From Tubiluchus corallicola (taxonomy: Eukaryota; Animalia; Priapulida), in assembly GCA_030141605.1 (NCBI GenBank), contig JAQGDQ010000006.1, positions 1,178,001 through 1,242,000 on the forward strand: a DNA stretch of 64,000 bases, read 5' to 3'. A program made the translations under genes and the position numbers. Shown piece after piece: positions 28,201-47,300 of this stretch (the first letter of the stretch is position 1; every line of letters starts with the position of its first letter). The notes beneath the pieces were generated by a model. That model did not search any database, was not told the DNA's origin, and was given only the letters and a program-made list of their open reading frames with translations.

Positions 28201-29956
28201 CAGCTGGTATATGTAAATAACTAAACAGCGCATTTTGAGCCAACTTCTAAAGCACGCCACATACTTAATAACCATAGTATAATGATATAATACTAGCTGA
28301 ACTGCTCTGTCTCTTGTACTGATGCTAAATTTTGATACAAATAATTTTTTGTGATTTCTGTAGCGTGTTTACTATTTTTGTGATGCACTAGATATTTTTA
28401 AAATAAAGTGACATCATGTTTTAATAAAATTTTAATCTAAACTTGTGGTGCCTTCTACTTCGTTTTTTTTTAAAATTACACTTAATACGAAAAGTGGAAA
28501 TCAGAACTTGCACCGTCATTTGACTGGTTTTAAAAACTTTTAATTTTTATATCATATATTATTTACTGCATATATTATTAATAAGTTTAATTTAATGAAG
28601 ATGCCATGTACCATCCACATTTAGTTGGGTGAACCTTTGTTCAGCCACTCATCTTTTCAAGTTTGCATTCTGAATAGTGCATTGTTTTAATATATGAGTG
28701 AGTGAAGAAGCTTTAATGAATAAACTCTCGACTAAGTGAGTAAGCACCATACTTCTCTACATTACACTACTCATATGTGAATTTCAAAGACAAAGACGGT
28801 TTTCATATACCTTTTGTTCAAGTACATCTAATTGTTTAGTTGTAAATATTTATGGTGCCTACTTTAATATCACAGTTGCTTGCAATATGCCTTTGGTCTC
28901 TTTCTACTGAGTTACTTTAAGCGAGACTTTATGTGTAACTAACAAACAATTGCTACGGCTTCACAAGAGTTAGGTGTTGGTTTCACTACAAAACTTTTAC
29001 TGAAGTTTTACATTGTAGAGATGTTGGCAAGTAAATAAATTAATAAAAAACAATGTAATTTGCCTTCCTATTCTGTCTCATAATCACTGGTATGCAGGCA
29101 AAGGAAATTTTTGTTATTTATGTAATGACAAACTAAGCATAATCATGGATAAAAAATCTAAACTATTTGATACTGCTCATGTTTGTCTGTTTTGTAACCT
29201 TTTGCTTTGTGTTTTGATCGGACATTGCATAGTATTACCAATACTATGTAATGTGAGAAACTACTATCGAATGTATAACATTTTATAAGCATACATTTCC
29301 ACATTTCTTGATCTATACATGCCAATGCTAAAAAATATAAAAGCCTCTAAATAAGTATTACTCCATTCCAACAAGATTAATACATGCATATTTTCATTTT
29401 AAAGGTTAAAACGCGTGTGTGGTTGTAAATGAAATATTAAATATTTAATGAGATAAAGTAGGACAATAAAGGTGTAATGCAGATGCTAAACACATTTAGT
29501 CTGCAGTCACACTCTACTGTGGAGATTTAATGGAAATCTTGTAGGAATGCAGTAATTACTTACAAACTTGTGATAATTGGGAAAATACTCCTCATGCATT
29601 ACCTGCGTTCATTTTCTTTAGAGGGTGAGGCTTGTCTGACTATTTACTAGAATTTGAACAAAATAGCATCTTGTGGATTTTTATCGAAATTATTCACAGC
29701 ACAGAATTTGCCATTGTCCAATTACTAAATCTTTGTCACTAAGTTTACTGATTGTTAAATTTAACAGAGCACACGTGAATGTACAATTAATTAATTACTG
29801 ATATTTATTCACAGAGATGTTGAAGGCAATGAAACAGTCACAATGTCATATGAGTGCATTGCAAAAAGACCCGGTAAGAAAGTTATTCTTGTGAGTTTTG
29901 CATCAAAACAGCTGGACGATGCTGATGGATATACAAACATTGTTGTCGACCAGTGA
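16216..29956 (+). CDS. Transglutaminase (protein-glutamine gamma-glutamyltransferase), about 700 aa; coding exons 16216-16219, 17175-17314, 18997-19140, 19336-19446, 19744-19816, 19973-20091, 20735-20842, 21451-21625, 21795-21933, 22638-22741, 23590-23755, 23897-23991, 24318-24430, 24786-24957, 26548-26708, 27096-27232, 29815-29956
   Basis: All joins are phase-compatible GT-AG (2103 nt total). Motifs seen: [34 protein letters not shown] (catalytic Cys), [25 protein letters not shown] (His), [11 protein letters not shown] (Asp), FVFAEVNAD, and C-terminal barrels (FENPL, IEGPG). The ATG-G start exon at 16216 (followed by gtaagt) is inferred. Confidence 0.95.
18060..18781 (+). mobile_element. 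hAT transposon 3' remnant in a transglutaminase intron
   Basis: About 18070-18300 translates to ..[52 protein letters not shown], the hAT C-terminal dimerisation domain with a stop. A poly-C tract and TTGCTATGCCATT terminus-like sequence follow near 18745-18781. Confidence 0.85.
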
Positions 29957-32424
29957 AATTTCTAAGCCCTTGGTAAAACGAAAATTGTCTTTAAAGTAAG
30001 CATCTACAATGTTTCGTCTGATTGTTTTTGCAGTAAAATCTAATGCAGCTAGCTTAGGTTTGCATTGGTATAACAGTTGTTTTAGAAAATGAACTGAAAA
30101 CCTTATTAAAACATGTTTTGTACAATGCTAATGCATTTACTCTAAGTAATGTGTGTATAATAAGCATCCGACTATGTATTAATATGCCAAGTATTTTTAT
30201 AATGTTTAGCCATTTAGAAAGTTTAAAGGTAATTGGACTGAAGTTTTTTAACATTAAAACTAAATACAGTTAGTATTTGGTAGAAGTTTTAAAGACTCAG
30301 ATATTATGATTTTGTTATAACTGTGAAATCAGAAATGTGTCGGAAATGACACATCAAGAGCAACAAATTTAAACTTACGTTAGCTTTACTTTGAAATCAA
30401 CAGCATTGCAAATTACTTTTACAATTACTAGCTGATGCATTTGTGCAGCTCGCCTGATTGGATAACCAACAATGTTCTAACTTTTTCTCTAAGCTTTCTA
30501 AATAAATACCAGCCTATACATGTTGATTTTGTCATTCAGCTGTCTGATAAAATTAGGATTTTCTTTCTTTTTTGTCCAAGACAATTTTTGGTGATGCTGA
30601 GAAATGACCTGGTGACCTAGTTTTATCAGTAGCATCCATAACATGTATGTGAAATTATCAGGTGTGATTGTCAGGCAAACTGTTCGCACAACTACTATTT
30701 TAGTTTAGACATATTTTTTTCATTTTTTGGCTGTGATAAAGTTAAAAATAGGTATCATCCATATGCTAATGTATGCCAAATTTTAACAGTGTGACATATG
30801 AATTAACAGAGTTTGAACACGATCACTGACGTTTGCTATTTTCTTGACCATTTCTGTCTTAATATACCTATGTGAGTTGAGCTGATATGATAAACAACTA
30901 ACCACCATTCAGTACTGCTCTTTTTGTTATTTCAAGTAAAACTTTAATGGAAAAAAGTTCAAAATACAGTGTATTTTGAAGTATTGTTCATGCAGGTTGT
31001 ACAGTCACTTTGCCTATTATTACATTGTTATATGCTCTATAATTAGAGTAGTAAGTAAATCTCCACCCAAAAAATGGTGGTTATTGATTTTGTCATTTTT
31101 ATATTTCCACATGTTGACATATACCATTAACATTCTGGCATGATTCATTGCACCCTTTATGTGAATTCCCTCTGAATAACTTCAAACTCATAAGACAGAA
31201 GACAATGTTGCACAAAGAAAAGCAAGACTTGTACCACTCCCTATCCGAGGCCCATCCCCTTCCTGCAAAAGTTGTTCTATGGTTTGCTAGTTATAATAAT
31301 GTGAGTAATGCCATATTGTAAGCTATGACACACTGCATTACAATTTTAACACACCACAGTTTTTTTACAATTAGCAATTACTTTTGTTTTACTTAATCTG
31401 TAAGAGTAAAGCATAAATTCTGTTAACAATCAATTTACATTTATAAGTATGTTAAATTACATAGCTTATACAGCTTATCGCATTACTTTATTTTGGAGCG
31501 GTCTAGCATTTCGTTGTGGTGTATTAAGACGTATTTGTGAACATACACCTTCATGTTCATTTCAACAATTTATTTGCTCATGTATGCACAGACATATAAC
31601 AACATTGAACATTTGCTAATAGCATGCCTAGCTAGAGAGGCATTAGTTCATTTAGTTACAAATGTCAAACGATAATCTGAAGATCTGTTACGGTTTATGT
31701 AAAATGTATTTAACAGTTTTAGATTGATCTACTTTAGACAGAAGAATAAATGACAGTATGTTTGTATTTGGCTTTTTATGTGTGCATGAGCATATATGTA
31801 TAGAGATATAACAACATCAAGCATCTCATAATAGCATGCATTACTCTATAATTAGTTCGATTTAGTAACCCGAATGTCTAAACAGTTATTGTATAATCCA
31901 GTTTTAACTTTTAAGGTTATCTGTTATTTAATCCTCCTAACTTTGCAATAGTGCTCTGCTGAGAAAGGAAATCTCTCAATTCCCATCCTAATTCCAATCC
32001 ACGAACAGGTATGTGCGAAGCCGTGATAAAAATATCTATATACAGTTATTGATAAAATAATTAACATTTTATTTCTACTCTAAAGACATTTATAATACAA
32101 CACTTAACAAGCAGCTAATTGTGAACAACACCATTGCTCGAAGGCTACAGTAACCATAAAATAGTAATAGTATATGTAGTAATAGTAATAGTAATAGTAT
32201 AATAGTAATACTATGGAATTGTGCTTCTGCGTGCTTTTTATATTTAGAACTACATGTACTTTAATAACTGAAATTTATAGTACTGACATAACTAGTATAT
32301 AATGGTACTTATACTAATTTAACAATTTGAATATGTTTTATATAATAAATGTAATATATTTTACAGTTTTAGTTCGAGGTGCTTCACACAAGAATGAATA
32401 GACTTCATGTTTGTACATAACTTC

Positions 32425-37144
<4,720 letters not shown>

Positions 37145-40100
37145 TTTTATCCACGTAACTACTACCAAGATACAGAAAATCTTTTTTGTTAAATTACCTA
37201 GCTATTGTTTAGTCGAGTTAGTATACTATACGTGATTTTAAAACAAGAATCTAAGCATTAGTTTAGTTTTTATAGGGCTCGGCAGTCATTTTATTGTGAA
37301 GTGCATACATTTATAAAGCAGTGCGCATGGGCTGTCGCGCGATACTAGTCACGTACGTAATTTTTTGCTCTGTTATTATTGTTAATAATTCCGGATTTTA
37401 TCAAAATATTGTTTCAACGCAACAGACGACAATAGTACGCTGTTAGTGGTAATCTAGTTTTTTTTAAATGAGGTGGCACTAAGGTTTAGGGTGGACAATG
37501 AAGGGTGTCTGGTATGCAGTACTGTGTGAATTTGAGAGTGACATCTGGACAGAGTAGGGGCTTCGCGAAGCACTGTACTCTCCTCGCGTGGTCCTAACGC
37601 AAGCAGCAAGAGTGCTATAAACTGTCAACTCATTTCCTGCTTTTTAAAGGTTAATCTTAGGCCTAAATGATAACAAACAACTTAGTATTTTAACTCTTTT
37701 TTTCACAGATTTTGACTTAATTTTCTAAATTAGTTCTAGGCTAAGCATATATCAAGTATAGTTACTTCAATAATTTCTTTCTAATGAATTTTGAGTATAG
37801 TTTGCACTTTCTGAAAGCATTAGCTTTTCCATTTTTGAAGTTAGGCCTATTTGCACTTTTTAAATCATTGCGGAATGGCTAGAGGTGTGTGCATATTAAA
37901 TGTAGTTAAGCAGTGCTGAGCCTAGTCAGTAAATGAATAATTGTCAAAAAGCTGCTGTTGTTGTGAAATTGTATCTACCATATTGTGTTAACTTCTTACC
38001 CCATTGAAGGATCTATAAATATGGCTCTTGATTAGAATTTGATGCAGGAACATAGCTTTGTTGATTACTACATTAAATTTCAGAAGGCTTGATTGCTCAA
38101 TAATTCATGGTGTAATGCTATGTTAACAGCTTAGTCACTGGAGTAACGTAAAACGGACTAAGCGAAATATATAATAACTTACACGAAATTAGAAATTTCT
38201 GCGCTTAAACTAACCTGTTGTCATTTTTTTCTTTTTTACAACCTGCTAAACAATAGTGACTCGTTAATAACAGCTCTTACTGTCAGCTTTTTTCTAGAGA
38301 CGTCTTTAGACCACTGTGTGTTACTACTGAACTGGGTTCCAAGCAGCATGTAGGCTTCAAAAGTATCAGAGATCCTATTCATCACCCAAGCGGAGATGCG
38401 AATTTTTATTACAGTTTCCGAAGGCATTTTTATGTGCAAATTCAGACTGATTTTGAAGAATGTAAGACCTTGATGATGTACCATATGTTGTAAATAAGTA
38501 AGTTTGCAAAATACTTTAAAACGTACTTGAAAAGCATTAGCTGTACTTTGCTAACTCGCATATTCCCATATTCCTGCATCATAATAATGTAACCTACCTC
38601 CGTATCAAGTATCAAGGTCACACTGTTCGCGTGTTATATAGCTGTCAAGAATTTTTAAATAAAAAGTACTACACGATTTTTTGTCAAAATCTAATGTGCA
38701 GGTGCTTCAGTGAAAGTTCATTGGTTATAATTAACAGCTTAATACCAAGATCTCTTATCCAAAATAAGGAGGGAAGAAGAAAAGAAGCCGAACCTCGAAC
38801 CCTGGTCAGGTTCATCGATGACTTGTGTGATGTAAAAGACTGTGTTGTCTTTACAAGTCTTCTTTTAATATTATATTGCATCAGTTTTACACTGTCTTCT
38901 ACCTCTTTGTAATAAAAAACACAGGCCTAATAAACTTTCATTATCATCGTCATCATAAGATTCTTCTTTATGCCGTAAGTAATGAGGCTTGGTCAGTTTG
39001 CCAAGTACAAAATTGAGGTACAGCCACTACGAGTGGGACAATCTTCTCGGTTTGCATCGTGCACCAGTTCTCGATCACTTTTCGAGCAGACTTCGATGCC
39101 ACTAAAGCAAATTTCCAACATTTGAATGCCCTTTAGTAATTTGCGTAAGTTCAGACTCAGTATCAAATAACACGGTTGACTCGAGCTTTCGAGTTTAAGA
39201 ATTTTCTACAAACACGATTCAGTGAACGAAAGGAAAATGATTAGTATGTGACTGATTTATAATAACGTTTTGAACGAATCAGTAATTCTAGTAGCCAATG
39301 CATGCACACCAGTGATCAGATCTGAGAAATTTGGCAGCAAAACTCTTAATTACAGGTAGTTCAAAATTATGAACAACAGTAATTATTTTTCACGCGAAAT
39401 GAATAAGACTGACGAAGAATTTCGTTTTGGCGCAGCGTGTACAAGGTTTCATTGATGAAGTAAATGCAGCTAAAACCTATGAAGCAAACTTATTAATGCT
39501 AATAAACAGTACGCTTTGTGTTAAGCTACTATTATTTTCAAACTGCTTTATAGACAAACTCAGATAATACTTATTTACTGTAAGTGGGGACAGGGAAAAC
39601 AAACTGCGTTCAGTGGATTGTGTGTGTGTGTGTTCAGCTGCAAAATTGGGTATTGCCGAATTTGATTAGCATAAGGATAGGTGACCAGTGGAAAAACTGT
39701 TTCTGATCAATTTCATGTGTTATATTGCATTCGGGTATTTCAGGTGCTAAGCAAGATGCACATGAAACCTGAGACACCTGTACTGGTTCAGCTTGTTCAG
39801 GGTACTGTAGCCAATTAAGTTACGGTCGCTTCACAACAACTTTTATTAAATAAGCCTGCTGCTGAGTGCTGAATCACAGTTTGCAATGTGCTCAGTTATA
39901 TGAAAAATATAACAATTATCGGTCGCGTAAGTCGTAACTGCAGTTTCTCTGACAAAAGTCCATAAAACACTAGCTATTTGAAATAGGTAGTAGATCATTC
40001 ATACTGAACTTTTTGAATACTCGCATTTTTTAGAGACTCGAGAATGCTGCAACTACAATTTCTAGTCTCTATCACATCTTTGCGACCATACATGGAAGAC

Positions 40101-41214
40101 GAATAAAAAACAGTAAGTTTTGAACTCAGATACCAGTGTGTAGATTAGTGACAGCATTAATTTGGAGTTTTGTGTACGTATATCGCGACATTGGAGCACT
40201 TTCAATCTGCGGTTTAGAAAAAAACAGCCATTTGCTAAATTTTAACAACTTTTATACTGAGCCTGTCTTCACAAAATGCCATGCCACTGTTAGAAATTTG
40301 GATAAAGCGGCATAGACAGCTGAAAACTTGGTGTAAGTCAGTGAAATTTCAAAACTTGACTTGCTCCATCAGTGGTTAACCGGCTCACAACATCACAAAT
40401 TGAAGCCTTTCCTTGTATTACGGAATTTTCTGGTTCAAACAGCACAGTTTTGAACCTGAGCCAATTCATAATAACATTAGTTCTTTTTGCCTTATTTAAA
40501 CAAAATATTCAGTTAAATTAATTAACGAGTGACAATTAGCTGTCTGTATATCATACTCTTAGTTACTGTTTTTTGGTAAATTTGATAACATTGTGTCTCT
40601 ATGCATAAAAACGTCTACTGTTTCAGATGCAATGCCCGAAGTTTAATTACTTTCTAATTACAGTAATAATTATACAAAAGGTTAATCACGTTATGCAAGC
40701 GAGATGACCAAGACAAACTTATATAATACAACTGATTTTATACCGATACTCCTCGATCATTCTTAACTATGACGTAGCCTAGAAAGGTTAAATTTAAATA
40801 AGATAAAGATACAAAGAATTAAAATGCGAAAAAACACAAACTAATTTTTCCTTACCAGTACATTGTAGCATCTATTTCCAAAAATATATCCTTCTTGCAT
40901 GTGTAAATATTTAGTTATGAAGGAATGATACTTAAAAAATCATTCATGTTATTATGTCAAATTTTTTTTTTGAAAATAAGTAGGTTATGTCTAGAATGTT
41001 GGCTCAGCAAGAGTAATATAAACTTTTCCATGGACTTATCTTAATTTCCATAAACTGTGCTATAGTAATATAATAATTATTATATGGAAAGGACTTGACA
41101 AATGGCCATGTGGAAAGCTACAAGCAAAAAAGTGCAAGGTAAAGCACCAGCACTAGCAGTTTATATTCCAACTGCAATAGGGACTGTACCAACAAAAAGG
41201 AAAATAATAAATAA

Positions 41215-41218
<4 letters not shown>

Positions 41219-41279
<61 letters not shown>
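41219..41279. repeat. Compound (AT)n(AG)n microsatellite
   Basis: Directly visible. Confidence 0.95.
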
Positions 41280-41282
<3 letters not shown>

Positions 41283-41439
41283 CAAAAAGTTCAATTATTA
41301 TCTTTTTTGGTGAAATTATCTAGTCCTGCTAAATGGTAATAACTTTTAGTGGTAGTAACTAGAATGAACTCTATATTTTATACAGTTTAAATTATAACAA
41401 AAAAACTAGTGGTATAAGAACTTAAATCATAATATGCAA

Positions 41440-42443
41440 TGCACTATACATGCTGATGACACACAAATCTGCGTCACATGCCAGGAAAATAGAGCTCCAG
41501 TCAATCAAATTGAAGCATGTTCGGTGAAATTTGACTTTGGATGAATGACAACAAACTTGCCCTTAAATGACGGCAAAACAAAATTAGTTCATTTCTTTAG
41601 TAAATTTCAAGGAGCTTTTCCTGATATCCCTCAGTGTTTTGTAGAGATTGGTGACATTAGTGTCGGTAATTCTCAAACTGTAAAAAGTCTTGGAGTAACT
41701 TTTGACACTTTTTGTACTATGTCAGAACATGAAGCAAACCTTAATCAGCCAGCATCATTGGCATTGTGGAAAATTGGAAAAATCAGACATATTCCCAATG
41801 CCAACCACCAGACAGCTGAAAAACTCATACATGCTTTCATAACATCCAAACTTGATTATTGCAATACTTTACTTTTTGGACTCCCTGAACATGAAATTGC
41901 AAATTGCAGTTAATTCAGAACTCTGCTGCTCGTCTCATTACCAAAACTAGAAAATATGAGCACATTACTCCTATTATAAGAGAGTTAAATTGGCTGCCGA
42001 TAAAGTTCCGAATTCAATTTAACATTCTTTGTATTAGCTACAAAATACTACATGGTTTGGCACCTGCACATCTTACAGATTTTTTGATACGCCGTAACAT
42101 AAGCCAAACACTTCGCTCTAATGCTAATGAATAAATTAATTTGCATTCAGCCAATTCCTAGTACAGTATTCTATGGTGAAAAGGCCTTTTCTATTTGTGC
42201 TCCGCAACTCTGGATGGAATAACTTACCTGTTGCTATACGTTCTGCAAATTGATTAGATTCTTTTAAACAAAATCTTAAAACACATTTGTTTAGATTGTA
42301 CTTTTTATGATGAATTATTTTATTTTTTAATGTCTTTTAAAATTTTATGTATTTTATGAATTTTAAATGTATTTTATTGTTCAGCGTGCTGAGATTTTAA
42401 ATGATGTAGTGCACTATATAAATAAATTTTACATTACATTACA
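41440..42443 (+). mobile_element. 5'-truncated L2-clade LINE remnant
   Basis: HADDTQI, LNDGKTK, VKSLGVTFD, LIHAFITSKLDYCNTLLFGLP, QNSAARLI, HITPIIRELNWLPIKFRIQF with frameshifts; AATAAA plus (ACATT)n tail. Confidence 0.92.
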
Positions 42444-42665
42444 TAAAGCCTCTCATTTGCACACCACTTTGAATTGTGGTTTTAGTGGTGGCAGCTAATA
42501 TAAGCTCTAGACACAAAGTCAAAATTAAAACAAAAAAAGGAGAAGTACATAAGCCTCATGGTACATACACCATTTTGAATTCTGGTTTTGAATTTTTACA
42601 AGATAGAGGTATAGCAAAACAGAACATACGCATCAATTAATAACTATGTTCAGCTGAAACACTGC

Positions 42666-43465
42666 TTAAAATTCTTCTTTATTTATATAAGAATGCATAA
42701 GAGGTGGTAAACTCAGTGATCGCGGCTTGCGAAACAGCTTGGAGAACATATACGATGCTTCTCGATTAGATGCATTCCACGATCTAGGCTCTGTCTCTGA
42801 AACTTTTGTATCACCGCCTTCGTGTATGCATTTACGGAATGAAATGTTTCGTGCACCACTAAATACAGATGAAGGAGAGAAAATATCAGAACAATCTACA
42901 GAAGAAAAACTTGACTGCTTATCAAGAGTTGAGAATGGAGAGTCTGGTGGGAGAGCTTCGCTATCAGTTTTGTTGTAAACTTGTTTTGAAGTAGTCCTGC
43001 CCACAGAACATGTGTCCCTAAACGCAAAAATCTTCATAATAAATTTCCTTGTACTTTGACTGGATGCAGAACATTCAATTATGATAAAGCAGTGCAAATA
43101 TAGGTGCCTCAAAATTATTATGGCGAAAAGTACTGATGCTATGCATCTTACAAAAACTACTTGATGGCACACAAGTTACAAATAGTTGAATCTATACGTG
43201 TAACAAGAATTAACCAATAAATTCATTACATGTCTTCTGTCATTTATAAAGAAATTTCTTGAAATGCAAAAAGTAAAAGCACATAAATTCAAACAATACC
43301 TGGTTGTATGTATCGGTAATGTTGTTAGCATATTGTGGATTGCTTTGTATTTTGCAGAACTTGCTTCCTGCTCCTGTACACAACATAAAAACTTTTGTTG
43401 AATCTAAATGCTAATCGCTGTTTTATAATAAAACTTTTTGTGCGCGCGAGAGAGAGATCAAGAGC

Positions 43466-43499
<34 letters not shown>

Positions 43500-44231
43500 T
43501 TTGATTTTGATTTACTTCTTTATTTCAAACTTTCGTTCATATATATACAACAAAAATACAAGTAAATAAACGACACAAAGCACACAATGTAAACACAACA
43601 CAAAACAACATTACAAAAATAATAATAATAATAACATTTCGCATTGCTTCATTCATTATATCAATGAAAATGTAAAAATTAAGCATAGAATTTCATTCTC
43701 CAAATCTTTCTTATACTGGAAGTAAATAAAGTATCACTAGCGAATATCGTTCTACACAACAAGTTTTTACTGTTTGAAATTCTAGTATCCAGACTGTAAA
43801 TGCTTTTCCTGTAAATAACATCAAAGTACACTAATTTATGCATCACAGAAATGTCCCTGGCACTGTGATCGAACTGATAATTGATAAATTTTCGCATTGA
43901 TTTATTATGAGCAACCTTAAGTTTGTTCAGATTATATTATGAAAATGCTGCCAGGTGGCTATACAGTAGAAGCTATTACAATAAGTATTGAATAGACGTG
44001 GTTTTACAGCATTGGTGCAATAGTAAAATTTACGGCATAGCTTATTTGCTCGAGAGTAATAAATGCCTACTTGTCGTATGATATCTAGATCGTCTCTGTT
44101 GTCCCTAGAAATGATGTGACCAAGATATTTTTCATTATCACAAGGCTCAATAACAGATCCAGCTAATTTAACTGTTCCGAACTCAAAGTTGCTCATAATG
44201 GAAGACATTATAGTCAGAAGAAAAACTAGTC

Positions 44232-44318
<87 letters not shown>

Positions 44319-47300
44319 AGTAGTTATTTAATTTTTATTTTTTCCTCATTCTTATATTTTAAGCCACTTCACAGAGCATTCCAGATCTCTGTCCATGACA
44401 CAGAGAGGAGAGATTCCCTAATAAAAAGAGAAATTTTCATTAGTAAGCAAGACTTACAATCGGCGTTATTTCTGATGATGCAGAAGCTGTCCTGTGTTGA
44501 TGCAATTCGGGATGTAGAAGCTCTACACATCTGTAACATTCCTCATTATAATGGAATGTGTCACCGTCAGATTTAGTATCAGGGACTGAATGACGTGTTG
44601 AATGCAGATTAATACCAAGAAATTTAGCAATGCTCCCCTTTATCTGATTGTATGACTTTGTTACATCACCTGTTGTACAAAAAGCTATACAGTAGCTGCC
44701 TGTTAATTATATGAATGAATGGCTCACACATGTAAAACTCTTCAAAAAGTATAGCAAATTCGATCAATGAACTAATACACATACAAAATAAATCAAACAA
44801 TCAATCAAACAAATAAATAAAATAAGCAATATATACGAAATAAATCAAACAATATATAAACCAGTTGTATATAAAAAAAAATCAAACAATCAATCAAACA
44901 AATAAATAAAATAAGCAATATATACGAAATAAATCAAACACTATATAACCCAGTTGTGTTTTTGTATTATCACTAGCATTCAACAAATGACTGAATAAAT
45001 GGTGATAATAACAATAAAAGAGTAGCTTTATTCATACTTGTATCTATGACACTTTGAAAAACTCCAGTCTCTCCGCGGTTCAGATATTCTACCCTCTCCA
45101 TAAAAGTGTTCCATTGAGCTTCGGGGGTTAGAAAATCTGAGGCTTTTAAAATTGCTTTGTGTGTATTTGCATCTAAAGGCATTGCAAGAATGCAGTGAGG
45201 TTGATAATGGGTTTTTTGTAAACTTAGAACTCCCTGCAGAAACATTATATACAAAATTACAAATATGCATCACTAGAAGTGGTTGTTTGAAAAAATATAT
45301 TGAATAAAAACATTTATTACACCAAAGCTAGTTTTACCAGTACCTCCAACCAGTTTCACACATATTTGATATATAAATTGATAAACTGACTGGTTTTGGA
45401 ATGCATACAGAATTGTTCTATAAACTCATTCATGAGCCACTGTCATGTTTAAGGAGGTTTACAAGGGAAAAATCCATGCAATAATATGAATTCAAACCTC
45501 GCAGCTGCATGTTCCAGACCTTTCATGAATCATCATCATAAACTTTCAGCTTTTTGTAATTACAGTTATAATTGTTCCACATGCAAGTGTAATGGCTTCC
45601 AAGTAATACCTGGTAATACATTTACATAGACATCTGCCAATGCTGCAGTAATTACCAAATAATTAGATTAATTTTGTATGCAAGTCAGAACATGTCACCA
45701 ACTATTTTAGACACTGATTTTGTGCCGTAAAATTCTGTCTGCAATACTACTTTATATGAAAGCCATCAGTTTTGTGCATGTACAATATACTTCAGAGTTT
45801 GAGGGCCACTGTGACTTACTATTCACCCTGCGTCCTTCTTAACTTTTTATCTGACACATCACAAAACTGTGAAGCAACAGACATCTTAGGAGAACCAGCT
45901 GCTTGCAGTTTTTGACTGTCTGGCAAGAAGTTTTGTATAGGAAATCTAATAATGTTCTCACGGTATACACTTTGCTGCGCTCACCGTATCACATACTGAT
46001 GGAAATACAATTCTCATTTAAATACTCTCTTTCTGATTTATGGCTGAGGTGATAAATACATACCAGTAATGGCATGGCAGTAATGCAGGCTTTATGTTCA
46101 ATCGCTGAATGTTCGATAGAATCAAGTGAGAGACCATAATCGAAACCCAATTCAGTGTAAGTACAAGCAAACAGTCCCTGGAAGAAATATAACAACACAA
46201 TTGTTGCAAAAAGTAGAACATTATAACAAATTACTAAACTTGTGTAGGTGTTATCATCTTAAAACGCCAAGTGTGTAGACGAAGATATGTATCATAACAG
46301 ATGACAGTGCCTAGAAACACTTTTCTCAGCAGCTGATCATCCATGTTTGAACAGGCTCAGCAAGGATATTACATTTTAATTGTAAACCTGAATTACACTT
46401 GCAGCCCACTGGTAATAATGGACTCAATTGTAAAATCAGTTAGACAGCTAAAGGCAGCAAAGCAGAAATATATCACTTGCAAACGAAAAAATAAATTCCT
46501 TACCGACTGGAGTAATGAATCAAAAACAGCATTTGTGACGTGAACTGCATGAACATAGTTATTATTGTCAGGCTCTGGACGGGTGGTGTGTAGTACACTA
46601 TGAGGAAAATATAGGAAATACATAGTTAAAATATTGTCTGTCTTATCAACAAAGCAGTCTCATAGGTAAAATCACTAATAATTTCGCATTTTCTAATACA
46701 GCTCAAGTACGTCTTTTCATACAAAACTCATACATGATGCTGACTCTTAAAATATCGACCACCACTATAAATGCCCTCCAAGAATTAAATGAAAATAAAA
46801 GAGCAATATATGTGTTAACAAAAAATACAGAGTAAATAGTTTAATAAACCAGTTCAAGATAGAGAGCTGTAAAGTTAACATACCCAACAGAAACATAGTC
46901 GCGCAAATCTCGTGAAAGGTTGTATAAGAAAACATCTCGTTGGGAGCTTGCAGGACTCACAATTACTATGACAGGATGAGGTGTGTGGATAGATGTAGTA
47001 GTGCTGCAAAAAACAGTTTCTGTAAGCCAACTTATACCTGTATGAATTCAGATCCAAATCCACTAGTATGACCATGTTTGTTACTTGACTATGCCATTAA
47101 ATACAATCTCAGCTTTTCAATCAAACTATTGTCTGAATCCTAACCTCAGATGTCTACCCAACAAGTTTTGAGATTCTACACACTATAGTTTTCAAGATAT
47201 TCAATACTGTGACTCAAAGTAACTAATGTCCTGTGTCCTTGACCCAAGGACATTGTTTACGACATCGCTATAACTTCTTGCAAGTCTAGCCTCTGCATTT

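Noticed and set aside
38631-38912. LVRFIDDL motif resembling a Penelope-type RT active site
   Set aside because: Isolated short match with no supporting RT motifs around it.
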